Part shown: positions 38,818-48,064 of the stretch, piece by piece | How positions within the stretch are numbered: position 1 is the stretch's first letter | Layout: each line of letters starts with the position of its first letter | NCBI GenBank assembly: GCA_036676395.1 | Contig: JAKFCY010000002.1 | Coordinates: 1,376,001 to 1,440,000, forward strand | Origin: Bdellovibrio sp. | GTDB taxonomy: Bacteria > Bdellovibrionota > Bdellovibrionia > Bdellovibrionales > Bdellovibrionaceae | Length of the DNA: 64,000 nt | Reading direction: 5' to 3' | The notes under the pieces: model-generated | What the model was told of the DNA's origin: nothing | Seen by the model: only the letters and a program-made list of their open reading frames with translations | The model's database searches: none | Made by a program: the position numbers and the translations under genes

Positions 38818-40383
38818 ATGAAACAAGAAAATCTAGGAATCAAAAGAGCTTTAATCAGTGTTTCAGACAAAACCGGTATCGATAAAATCGCGAAGTTTTT
38901 ATTTGAATACAAAGTTGAATTAATCTCAACCGGCGGAACAAAAAAATACCTAGAAGAATTAGGACTACCAGTTACCAGTGTTGAATCATTAACTGGAAAC
39001 CCAGAAGCTTTCGGCGGACGCATGAAATCGATCAGCTTTCAGGTTTCATCGGGTCTATTATTTCGCAGATACCATGAGCAAGACCAAAAAGAATCAAAAG
39101 ATCTAAATATCTATCCAATTGATCTAGTCATTTGCAACCTGTATCCATTTGAAAAATACATGATCCAAAATTCAACTGAAGATGTATTAATTGAAAATAT
39201 CGACATCGGCGGGCCGTTAATGCTACGTGCAGCTGCTAAAAACTACGAATCAGTAACGGTTTTGTCAGGCGCTCATGAGTACATGAATTTCATGACTCAC
39301 TTTATGGAAAACAAAGGCCAAACAAATTTTGAATTCCGCCGCACGCAAGCAGTTAAAACTTTTGTACGCATTGCTGAATACGATCAAGCGATCGCGCAAG
39401 AGCTAACAAAAAATTACTTACCAGAAATGAATCAAACTCTACGTTACGGTGAAAACCCTCACCAAACAGCAAGTCTGCAAATTAAAAACAACACTGACTC
39501 TCAGATCACTTTAGCGAAAGCTCAGTTCATTCAAGGTAAAGAGTTATCTTACAATAACTGGATGGATGCAGACAGCGCTTGGCGCGTAATGAGTGACATC
39601 GCTCACGCGACTAAAGATAAATTTGTCACGGCCGTGATTAAGCACGCAAACCCTTGTGGCTTAGCTGCAACCGATGACAGCCTTAATTCTTTAACTGAAG
39701 CCTGGAATGGTGATAACATTTCTAGCTTTGGAGGAATCATTGCTTGTTCTTACGCTGTAGAAGCAAAACACGCTGAGTTCCTAACTCAAAACTTTATCGA
39801 AGTTTTAATTGCTCCAGATTTTACTCCAGAAGCATTAGAGGTTTTCACAAAAAAGAAAAACGTTCGTTTATTAAAAACTTCTTTACGTGAATATAAACAA
39901 AAAGAAACTATGATGCGCAGTATTTCAGGCGGAGTTTTAATTCAGGACGAAGATGAAAGATCTTTAAAACCAGAAGAAGCAAAAACGGTAACGCAAATTC
40001 CATTATCTGCACATCACCAATCATTAGTCGATTTCGGCGTGATCGCTTGTAAACATTTAAAAAGTAACGGCATTGCGCTTGTCGCAAAAACGCCGCAAGG
40101 TTTTTCATTAGTCGGAACGGGTATGGGACAGCCAAACCGACTCGATTCACTTCGTTTATTAGCAGTTCACCGCGCTAAAATGAAAAACATCCCGATGGAT
40201 CAAGTGTTAATGATTTCGGATGCTTTCTTTCCATTTGCGGATTCTGTCGACGTTTGTAACGAAGTGGGCATTAAAGCCATCGTGCAGCCGGGTGGAAGTA
40301 TTCGTGATCCAGAAGTCATCGCTGCGTGTGATAAATATGGTATTGCAATGATGATGACGGGCGTTCGTCACTTTAGACACTAG
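38818..40383 (+). CDS. purH: Bifunctional AICAR transformylase/IMP cyclohydrolase
   Basis: RALISVSDK, STGGT, ENIDIGGP, LRYGENPHQ, KHANPCG, SDAFFPF, RHFRH. Confidence 0.97.
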   Translation: MKQENLGIKRALISVSDKTGIDKIAKFLFEYKVELISTGGTKKYLEELGLPVTSVESLTGNPEAFGGRMKSISFQVSSGLLFRRYHEQDQKESKDLNIYPIDLVICNLYPFEKYMIQNSTEDVLIENIDIGGPLMLRAAAKNYESVTVLSGAHEYMNFMTHFMENKGQTNFEFRRTQAVKTFVRIAEYDQAIAQELTKNYLPEMNQTLRYGENPHQTASLQIKNNTDSQITLAKAQFIQGKELSYNNWMDADSAWRVMSDIAHATKDKFVTAVIKHANPCGLAATDDSLNSLTEAWNGDNISSFGGIIACSYAVEAKHAEFLTQNFIEVLIAPDFTPEALEVFTKKKNVRLLKTSLREYKQKETMMRSISGGVLIQDEDERSLKPEEAKTVTQIPLSAHHQSLVDFGVIACKHLKSNGIALVAKTPQGFSLVGTGMGQPNRLDSLRLLAVHRAKMKNIPMDQVLMISDAFFPFADSVDVCNEVGIKAIVQPGGSIRDPEVIAACDKYGIAMMMTGVRHFRH

Positions 40384-40391
40384 GAGATTTT

Positions 40392-41405
40392 ATGGCTATT
40401 TCATACAAAGACAGTGGTGTAGATATTGATAAAGCTGACGTATTTGTGAATAAGATTTCACAAATGGTAAAGTCGACTTACAATCAGAATGTGGCGAGTG
40501 GGGTAGGGGGCTTTTGCGCTCTTTATAAAATGGATCAAGAAAGATTCTTAGCTTCAAGCACGGATGGGGTGGGGACTAAGCTTAAGCTTGCGATCGAGTT
40601 AAATAAACACGACACCATCGGCATAGATCTGGTAGCGATGTGCGTGAACGATTTAATTTGTTCAGGCGCAAAACCGTTATTTTTCTTAGACTATTTCGCA
40701 AGCTCGAAACTAAATCTAACTACATCTGAAAAAATCATCGAAGGTATTGTTGAAGGCTGTTTACAATCAAAAATGGTCTTAATCGGTGGTGAAACTGCCG
40801 AAATGCCAGGAATGTATCAAGATGGAGATTACGATCTAGCGGGGTTTTCGGTCGGCGAAGTGTACACGCATAATTTAGTCGACGGCACAAAATTAAAAGA
40901 TGGCGACTCCTTAGTTGCTATTCAAAGCTCAGGATTTCATTCGAATGGTTATTCATTAGTTAGAAAAATCATTACTGATGTGGCTACGAAGCAATTATTG
41001 GCAAGTGAATTAGAAACGCTAAAAAAAGACTGCCTAACTCCGACAAGAATTTACGTAAATAGTGTTTTGAATTTATTAACGAAATATAAAGATAACATCA
41101 AAGGTCTTGCGAACATTACAGGGTCTGGTTTTTTAAATATCCCGCGAATGAACGAAAAATTTGATTACCATTGCACGCAAACGGCAGCCTTGCCTGCATT
41201 TATGCAAACAGTCTGTCAGATGAGTGGTTTATCAGAACTAGAGCTGCATAAGACATTTAACATGGGTGTGGGCTTTGTGATCGCGACCGATAAGCCAGAA
41301 CAAGTTATACAGATGCTTCACGAACACGGCGAAAAGTCATTCGTATTAGGATCGGTAAAAGCAGGCATGGGACAGGTATTTTTAAAAGGCGAAGAAATTA
41401 TTTAA
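40392..41405 (+). CDS. purM: AIR synthetase
   Basis: SYKDSGVDI, STDGVGTKL, GGETAEMPG, SSGFHSNGYSL, TFNMG. Confidence 0.97.
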   Translation: MAISYKDSGVDIDKADVFVNKISQMVKSTYNQNVASGVGGFCALYKMDQERFLASSTDGVGTKLKLAIELNKHDTIGIDLVAMCVNDLICSGAKPLFFLDYFASSKLNLTTSEKIIEGIVEGCLQSKMVLIGGETAEMPGMYQDGDYDLAGFSVGEVYTHNLVDGTKLKDGDSLVAIQSSGFHSNGYSLVRKIITDVATKQLLASELETLKKDCLTPTRIYVNSVLNLLTKYKDNIKGLANITGSGFLNIPRMNEKFDYHCTQTAALPAFMQTVCQMSGLSELELHKTFNMGVGFVIATDKPEQVIQMLHEHGEKSFVLGSVKAGMGQVFLKGEEII

Positions 41406-42178
41406 AGATAAAGGCGGGTAACTCGTTCAAGCGAGTTACAGTATTTTGAAAATGAGCCACGCTCTAATTCAAAAACACGGATTAAATCTAAATACCAAAG
41501 CGGAACACGGCTTTCGCATTTTAGTTCTAATATAGCTAAGCTTTCGGTGCTGTTGCCGTCATCAAAAATTGCAGACGAATCGTAGTTAATCATTTCACGG
41601 TCTTTTGGCCAAAGATTAAACGTATTTTCTTCTTTGCATCTTAGATCGACATCAAAAGTAATACGTACGTAGTCTTCACAGTTTGATAAAAAAGCACGGC
41701 GACGGTATTGAGTTAAGACCTGAGGCTGAACATTATAAAGCTGAGCATAACTTAAAAATTTTTCTAGGTTTTTCATCGACGATTTATCAACATCTTCTGG
41801 CCTATATGTTCCATGAAAAACTGATTCAATATCCGCCGTTTTAACCTTAGCGCGACTTTTCTTTACGAAATCAGCCGTCTTTTCTTTAACTTCGAAAAAA
41901 TAAGGTGGTTTTGGATCATCGCCGTAAGAACGAATGCGCATATTAAAGCGCTTGGGGTTAACACCATCACTGTTATGATAAAAAGACTGAACCGGAGAAT
42001 CGAAATAAAGCGAATTAATGGTATAAAAACTATCGGGTGATATTTGCGAATAATAATCCATGTCGCAATAGGCTTTTACATATTCTGAAATAGGGTCGAC
42101 AAGGCGGTACGGAATCAAGTACTTAATTTCGTACCGTTCAAACATGAGTGGCGAAACGCCGCCTTCGTTATTTGACAT
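41402..42178 (-). CDS. VTC-domain (polyphosphate polymerase-like, CYTH/TTM tunnel fold) protein
   Basis: RYEIKY, INSLYFD, RIRSY, FFEVK, VKKSR, YRRRAF, RITFD, ILELK, FSKY: the ordered basic motifs of the VTC domain. Confidence 0.88.
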   Translation of the reverse strand: MSNNEGGVSPLMFERYEIKYLIPYRLVDPISEYVKAYCDMDYYSQISPDSFYTINSLYFDSPVQSFYHNSDGVNPKRFNMRIRSYGDDPKPPYFFEVKEKTADFVKKSRAKVKTADIESVFHGTYRPEDVDKSSMKNLEKFLSYAQLYNVQPQVLTQYRRRAFLSNCEDYVRITFDVDLRCKEENTFNLWPKDREMINYDSSAIFDDGNSTESLAILELKCESRVPLWYLDLIRVFELERGSFSKYCNSLERVTRLYL

Positions 42179-43289
42179 ACTTGCGTAATTCCATGAGCGT
42201 CAGCGGGCGTTCAGTTTCATACATCAGTGTTAAGATCTTATCTAAGATAGTTGTTTTTAAAGAAATAAGTTTCGCGTTCTTTTCGAATTTATTTTTTTGC
42301 ATTCCTTGAATCGTTTGCAGATCGATCACGCTATAGATGTTTTTCTTATTAGAAAGAAATTTATCTTCTTTAAAGCTGGATTTTTGCAAAGACTGCATAA
42401 GTTCGATATCGTCTTTAAGAGTTGCTTTGATATTTTTTAATTCATTTGTGCGGGTTTGTGTGTTTGTGCGCTCGGTTAAAAGCTTACGTTGCAAGTTGTA
42501 GCGATCAGAATAATACAGAGTTTTTTCTTCGCGTAAGAAGTTAATATTAAAAACAGCCTTCAATCCAAAAGCGCCTTCGCTATTTTCTTTTTCATAGTCT
42601 TTTTCATAAGTGACTTCAAAACCGTCAAAAACCGCAAAATCTTCGGCGCGTTTGTATTCATACTCGGCCATAGCAAGTCTTGCGTATAGATCATAAGCTT
42701 TGCCAGACTGTGATGATAAAGAGTCTGTATTTAAATTATCAATAAGGTTATGAATATTTTTAATATTCAATACAGCTTCTTCAGGAACTTGATCCCAGGT
42801 GATGCGCATTTGCCCTAAGAGCGGCATGAGCTCATTTTTTTGTTCATTAAGTTCTAGGCCTAACAGTTGTTTGTCTTCATCAGCAGCGATGATTTTAAAA
42901 ACCGTGCTGACGTCTGTATTTGAATTTTCGTATGTAGCTGTCAAAGAATCACGAAAGCGACTCATCCACTTGTTGTATTCAGTGTATTGCTTTTGTTTTT
43001 GTTTGATATCCAAAGCTTGAATAAAATTGCGGATATTATTCAAATCCACTTCTGAATTGATGAACTGGCTGTTGATCGATTTAAACTTACGGTCAATATC
43101 TTTTACTTTGCGCCATTTTTTAAACTCTTCGATACCGTAAAGTTTAAACTTTAATGAATATTCATACTTTTGACCTTCAAGATCGCTATTGCCAATACTG
43201 AGTTGCGCATCTTTAAAAGGAGACTGAAAGCCAAGGGCTTTTAATCCAACCAGGCATAAAATAGTTAAAAGTAAATTACTGTGCTTCAT
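42168..43289 (-). CDS. Divergent TolC/outer-membrane efflux-like protein
   Basis: Signal peptide from the ATG at 43289; two amphipathic beta-hairpins (AQLSIG..YEYSLKFKL; FEVTYEK..FGLKAVFNINF), each followed by long helices; lies next to a HlyD gene. Confidence 0.55.
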   Translation of the reverse strand: MKHSNLLLTILCLVGLKALGFQSPFKDAQLSIGNSDLEGQKYEYSLKFKLYGIEEFKKWRKVKDIDRKFKSINSQFINSEVDLNNIRNFIQALDIKQKQKQYTEYNKWMSRFRDSLTATYENSNTDVSTVFKIIAADEDKQLLGLELNEQKNELMPLLGQMRITWDQVPEEAVLNIKNIHNLIDNLNTDSLSSQSGKAYDLYARLAMAEYEYKRAEDFAVFDGFEVTYEKDYEKENSEGAFGLKAVFNINFLREEKTLYYSDRYNLQRKLLTERTNTQTRTNELKNIKATLKDDIELMQSLQKSSFKEDKFLSNKKNIYSVIDLQTIQGMQKNKFEKNAKLISLKTTILDKILTLMYETERPLTLMELRKYVK

Positions 43290-45060
43290 TGATAAAGTAA
43301 TAAGGTTCGTTTTTACCTTCGTCAAAAACACCAAGGATTTCATTTTTCATACCTAAGGCAATACCCTCTAGTTGGTTTACCGGAAATGTTTTAAGCAGTT
43401 TTAAGTTGTCGCTGGTTAGTTTGTTAGTTTTCCATAAAGCACTGCAGTTCGCTTTTTTGCAAGTTGTAGAAATATAGTACGTGCCGTTTGAAAATACCAA
43501 ATCACTTAAACCCATTTTGTTATCATCTGCAGTTTCAGTTTTGCCTTCAAAACTAAGTTTTGCTTCAAGACTAACTTGTTGTGGGTGAAAGTACTTATTA
43601 GTGAAAATATATTCTTTGTTAATTAAACGCAAAATATAGCTTTCATTACTTTCAGCATGTGGAGCTTTTAAAGCTAACAAAATATCGTTTCCAACCAAAG
43701 TCATACCTTCGATGTCCAGGTCACCTTTTTTAACAGTGCTTGCCTGAATAGTTGTAGCCAATTTTTGCAGTTCCTTTTGTTCAGATTTTGCCATTGCAGC
43801 TAATAATAACGGGCGTAATTCAAAGCTAGAAATAGCAGTTAACTCTAAGCCAACGCGTTTTACTTTAACGATCAAGCTTCGGTTCTTTTTGATGTCACCG
43901 CTCGAATTACGAGATTGTGACGATAACAGATAAATAAAGTTATCATCTTGGGCAATCGATTCGATATCCATGATCTCGGTCAGGTTTTTAATTTTTAAAG
44001 TCTCATTATCCAGACTGCCATCACGATTCATTAGAAATAATAACGGCGAATGTGCTTCGTCAGTGTCATCGCTGATCACTAAGTACTTATTTAAATCGCT
44101 AAGCCAGATAGCTCCAGAGGGTTCAAATTTAGATTGCTCATAAGTAGCTGATGGGATCATCATTTTCTTTAAAGAAAATTGACTAGATGTTTCGAAAAGC
44201 CCAAGGTCGCTTTTCGACGCGTTCGCTAAGGCCATAAAACTTAAAAATGGTTTTGACGGGTCTACAGCAACTTTTTCACCAATTAACAATTGTGTGTGTT
44301 CGCTTAATTCTAAAGTTACTTCGCGGCCGTAGGCGATCATATTTTGAAATTTCAATAAACGAAGAGGCATTTCAACAGTTCTGCGGCCGACATTTTTAAC
44401 TACTGCCGTAGAGACGACATTCGCGCGAGTTGCCGAGCGTACCTTGACCACTTGGCCTTCAACTAAATTCACATCAAGGCTTTCGTTGATAAAACCAGTC
44501 ACGAAAGTAGGTGAGTTGTTTGATAATGTTAAAAGTGTTGCAAAACCATCAGCTTTTTCGCCGGTTTTAAAATTGATCGTTCCAACAACACCATCAGCCG
44601 GTGAAAAGACATAAAGGTCTCTTTTCTTTTTTTCTAAATAATCTTTTTCTTTAATAAGATCATTGAGCTCTGATTGCATCGGATCCATAAACTGGCCTGC
44701 GTTTTTAGCCATGTTTTTAGATTTAGGAATAATGCGGCCAATTTCTTTGCGTAAGGTAATTTCTGATTGAAGACGATTCATCCTAAAATCAACATCACGA
44801 ATTTTTGTATTTAGATCTGATTGTTCAAGTTCTAACAGCAGATCCCCTTTGCGAACATTTTGCCCCTGGATGACATGAATTCGTTTTACTTCGACAGGGT
44901 ATTCAAAATTAATCTGCAATTCTTTAGAATCAGCGATTCCTAAAAAACCGATGCGCTCAACGCGAATCGAATTATACAGGACACCACAGATAAAGATGGC
45001 TGCGATAAGTGAGACGTAGATGAGGCTGTGCGTTTTTGTCGATATTTTTGATTTTTTCAT
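43276..45060 (-). CDS. HlyD-family periplasmic adaptor fused to a C-terminal beta-propeller (DUF3616-like)
   Basis: N-terminal TM, lipoyl halves VKRIHVIQGQNVRKGDLLLEL and VFSPADGVVG, coiled coil; C-terminal EPSG, DIESI..DD..IY..SSQS, DIEGM, LEGIAL repeats. Confidence 0.78.
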   Translation of the reverse strand: MKKSKISTKTHSLIYVSLIAAIFICGVLYNSIRVERIGFLGIADSKELQINFEYPVEVKRIHVIQGQNVRKGDLLLELEQSDLNTKIRDVDFRMNRLQSEITLRKEIGRIIPKSKNMAKNAGQFMDPMQSELNDLIKEKDYLEKKKRDLYVFSPADGVVGTINFKTGEKADGFATLLTLSNNSPTFVTGFINESLDVNLVEGQVVKVRSATRANVVSTAVVKNVGRRTVEMPLRLLKFQNMIAYGREVTLELSEHTQLLIGEKVAVDPSKPFLSFMALANASKSDLGLFETSSQFSLKKMMIPSATYEQSKFEPSGAIWLSDLNKYLVISDDTDEAHSPLLFLMNRDGSLDNETLKIKNLTEIMDIESIAQDDNFIYLLSSQSRNSSGDIKKNRSLIVKVKRVGLELTAISSFELRPLLLAAMAKSEQKELQKLATTIQASTVKKGDLDIEGMTLVGNDILLALKAPHAESNESYILRLINKEYIFTNKYFHPQQVSLEAKLSFEGKTETADDNKMGLSDLVFSNGTYYISTTCKKANCSALWKTNKLTSDNLKLLKTFPVNQLEGIALGMKNEILGVFDEGKNEPYYFINEAQ

Positions 45061-45069
45061 ATTTCAACC

Positions 45070-45753
45070 TTATAAGTCCACGACAGTTTCTTGCATCATG
45101 ACGTTAACCGCTTTTGCTGTCGGAAGTTTTTGGGCTTCCAGAACCAGGTCATGTGAAGTTTTGCCTTTTTTAAATTTAATCTGGTAAGTGTAATCAACAC
45201 GATCGCCCTGCGCGACTTCGCGCACGTTTAATAAATAGAAATGCTGGCAATAGTTCGTTAAAATGCTTTCTAAACTACGGACATCTTGCCCCGATTTATC
45301 TAAATTCAGGCGAAATAAGCCATCAAAATAGGTCTCGTTGGCGAAGGGTGTTTTATGAAGAATTACAGCTACGGCGCCAAAAGCCATTGTTCCAAAAACC
45401 GCGATAACATAAGAATGTGCTCCAGCAGCTAAGCCAAGAGCCAGAGAGGCAAAGATAAAAAACATATCGCGTGGGTCTTTAATATTCGTTCGAAAGCGTA
45501 ATAATGAAACGGCGCCCATCATCCCGATACCACGGGCAACGTTATCGCCAATGGCTTGCATGGCAATGGCTGTAACAATCGGGCTTAAGATTAACGAGTG
45601 GATAAAGTTACGTGAATACGAAAGACCGCGAAAAGTTTTAATGTAGGTAAATGCGATCGTGCATCCCATGACAAACGATAAACAAAACGCAAAAAGAATC
45701 GAAAATTCGCTTAAGTGAGTTGTTGTCGAATTAAGTACGCTAAGATCGAACAT
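45070..45753 (-). CDS. DUF4956 membrane protein
   Basis: YSRNF..SL, IGDNVARGIGMMGAVSLLRFRTNIKDPRD.FFIF..LALGLA.G, soluble ACT-like C-terminus. Confidence 0.9.
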   Translation of the reverse strand: MFDLSVLNSTTTHLSEFSILFAFCLSFVMGCTIAFTYIKTFRGLSYSRNFIHSLILSPIVTAIAMQAIGDNVARGIGMMGAVSLLRFRTNIKDPRDMFFIFASLALGLAAGAHSYVIAVFGTMAFGAVAVILHKTPFANETYFDGLFRLNLDKSGQDVRSLESILTNYCQHFYLLNVREVAQGDRVDYTYQIKFKKGKTSHDLVLEAQKLPTAKAVNVMMQETVVDL

Positions 45754-45899
45754 ATTTAAGCCCCAGATACGTTAAGTTTACGTTATTATTTTGACCTGGT
45801 ATGTTTTCTCAAATTTAGGGCGTTCTATAAATGGAAATATGCTTACAGAGCATATATTTCACATGGAGGCGTAAAATTGTTAGTCACTTTTTTCTTGAG

Positions 45900-46310
45900 C
45901 TAGAGCTCTAAACAAAGATTTTTAACAGCTTCTTTAGAGCACTCCCACTCTTGTGAATGGACTGGAAGGCCGCCTTGATCCAAATAGGTCACAGTGCCAG
46001 ACTGGGTAGGCGTTTCGCCTGATGATTGAAAGCTAAATATGAACTCTTCGCCAAAATCTGTTTTTGACGAAATCGCCAAATTGTTTTTGTCCTTACTGCA
46101 ATTAATTTTTGAAATCGTATATCCAAACGGACGTATACCGTAGGGAATATGGCGATCCATAATGATTAGAGATTCTTTAGTGTCGACATAAAGGTGAAGA
46201 TAAGTCTGAAAAACATCATAGGAATACCAGCGCCGACAAAGATCGTATTTTTCAGCATGAGCAATTGAGTTTAGGTAAGTGAAAGTTAAAAATAGAATAA
46301 TATTTTTCAA
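45900..46310 (-). CDS. Secreted hypothetical protein
   Basis: TTG start, signal peptide ending AHA, 4 Cys. Confidence 0.65.
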   Translation of the reverse strand: MKNIILFLTFTYLNSIAHAEKYDLCRRWYSYDVFQTYLHLYVDTKESLIIMDRHIPYGIRPFGYTISKINCSKDKNNLAISSKTDFGEEFIFSFQSSGETPTQSGTVTYLDQGGLPVHSQEWECSKEAVKNLCLEL

Positions 46311-46394
46311 AATGTGAGGCCTTTCGGTGATGGAGTCCGAAGACCTTATGCAATATTTATTCTAAGCCAGATCGGGGTATGTAGCCCCGTTTGA

Positions 46395-48050
46395 TTAACG
46401 GCTTTTTTCTCTGTGGTTATCGCGGTGATTGGATCTTCCGCCATCATGCCCTTGACGAGATTCAGAGACGACCGTCTCACGAACTACAACCACTTTAATT
46501 TGCCCGGGGTACTGCATTTCTTCTTCGATGGTTTTTGCGATTTTTTCAGCGATTTGCAAGGCCCCTAAATCGTCAACCTGGCGCGAGTTCACTAAAACCC
46601 TGCATTCACGGCCACCATTAAGCACAAACACGTCAGTGACGCCTTGGAAGCGTTTAGAGATCTCTTGAAGGCCAGTTACTTTTTGCGTGTAAGTTTCCAT
46701 GGTTGATCTGCGTGCACCTGGGCGGCCGCCTGAAATCGCATCGGCTGCGATCACTAAAAAGTCCATGTCGGCTTCTGGCTGCACATCATAGTGATGGGCA
46801 CGAACGGCATGAACAACTTCAGGGTCTTCACCGCGAGCTTCAATAAAATCTGCACCAATGACCGCATGTGACCCATCGAATTGGTGATCCAGGGCTTTAC
46901 CCAAGTCATGAAGTAACCCTGCGCGTTTTGATTTTTTAATATCGGCGCGAATTTCTGCAGCTAAAAGTGAAGCAAACCAGCCCACTTCAGCACAGTGAAA
47001 GTATTGATTTTGAGTGTATGAATAACGGTAGCGCAGCGAGCCCATCACTTGGCGAATTTCAGGATGGATATTCTGCATGGCAAGCTCTTTAGCTTGAAGA
47101 TCGCCATCTTTTTTAATCTGTCGCAATAATTCGGCTTTTAAGTTTTCGCCGGTTTTACGGATGTGTTCAGCAGGTAGGGGCTTATTTTGTTTTTCGATAT
47201 CTTTAAATAGTTTTTCAAAAAGACGGCGAGTCAGTTCACGGCGAACCGGATCGTAGCCAATAACCTGAATATTCAACATTCTTTCAGGATCTGGCGTTTC
47301 GTCGATATAAATATCACAACCTGTGACTTCTTCAACGGCTGCCACATTGTCTTTTAAAGCATGGCAAAAGTGACCGCGAACTCTTTCGTCCGGAAAATAA
47401 GTTGAAGAGATATTTCTTTCGGTGCTCATTTCTTTAGTGAAGCGATCAATGCATAAGCCTAAAATGCGTTTTGCTTTGGCTTCAGCAAAAGCTTTATGCT
47501 CTTCTTCTGCAAAATTAATATAATTTTCGTAATCTTGGTTAGCTTCGGTAATTAATTGCGTTGTGATATCCTGAATCACTTCTTCTTTTTTTAACTGAGT
47601 TTTCGTGTGTAATTGATTTTGGTAATTTTCATTAAACTGATTTAATTGATCAACGAAAACCTGAAAAGCTTTTTGTTGGTCTGTTAAACGCATTGATAAT
47701 TCGCGAAGCTCGGTTTCCATTTTAAATAAACCACCACGATTTGTTTTATCTGTTTCTTCGTGTGATTTTTTTCGTTCTGCAATTTGTTGTTCTAAATCAG
47801 TGCAGCGGCCTTCCATTAATAAATGAGCTTCTTCGACTTTGCCCCATGCGGTTAATTCAATTTCTTGAATCACTTCGTTGCGTTCATCTTCTTCTAATTG
47901 AAATTGATCTTGGGCCTCTTTTAAAAGCTCATTAGCTTCAATGTGAGCTTCTTTAAGGACCATACGTTCGACGGCTTTTTTGATGGCGAAAATCACAACG
48001 CCGCCTAATAAAAATCCGATCACAAAATTCATAACTGTTATTAAACTCAT
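46395..48050 (-). CDS. rny: Ribonuclease Y-like protein (TM, coiled coil, degenerate KH, HD)
   Basis: YDPVRRE, LRYRYSYTQN..H, GLLHDLGK, AHH, AADAISGGRPGAR, GRE.RV, YPGQIKV.VVRE. Confidence 0.88.
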   Translation of the reverse strand: MSLITVMNFVIGFLLGGVVIFAIKKAVERMVLKEAHIEANELLKEAQDQFQLEEDERNEVIQEIELTAWGKVEEAHLLMEGRCTDLEQQIAERKKSHEETDKTNRGGLFKMETELRELSMRLTDQQKAFQVFVDQLNQFNENYQNQLHTKTQLKKEEVIQDITTQLITEANQDYENYINFAEEEHKAFAEAKAKRILGLCIDRFTKEMSTERNISSTYFPDERVRGHFCHALKDNVAAVEEVTGCDIYIDETPDPERMLNIQVIGYDPVRRELTRRLFEKLFKDIEKQNKPLPAEHIRKTGENLKAELLRQIKKDGDLQAKELAMQNIHPEIRQVMGSLRYRYSYTQNQYFHCAEVGWFASLLAAEIRADIKKSKRAGLLHDLGKALDHQFDGSHAVIGADFIEARGEDPEVVHAVRAHHYDVQPEADMDFLVIAADAISGGRPGARRSTMETYTQKVTGLQEISKRFQGVTDVFVLNGGRECRVLVNSRQVDDLGALQIAEKIAKTIEEEMQYPGQIKVVVVRETVVSESRQGHDGGRSNHRDNHREKSR

Positions 48051-48064
48051 AATTAAATCTATCC

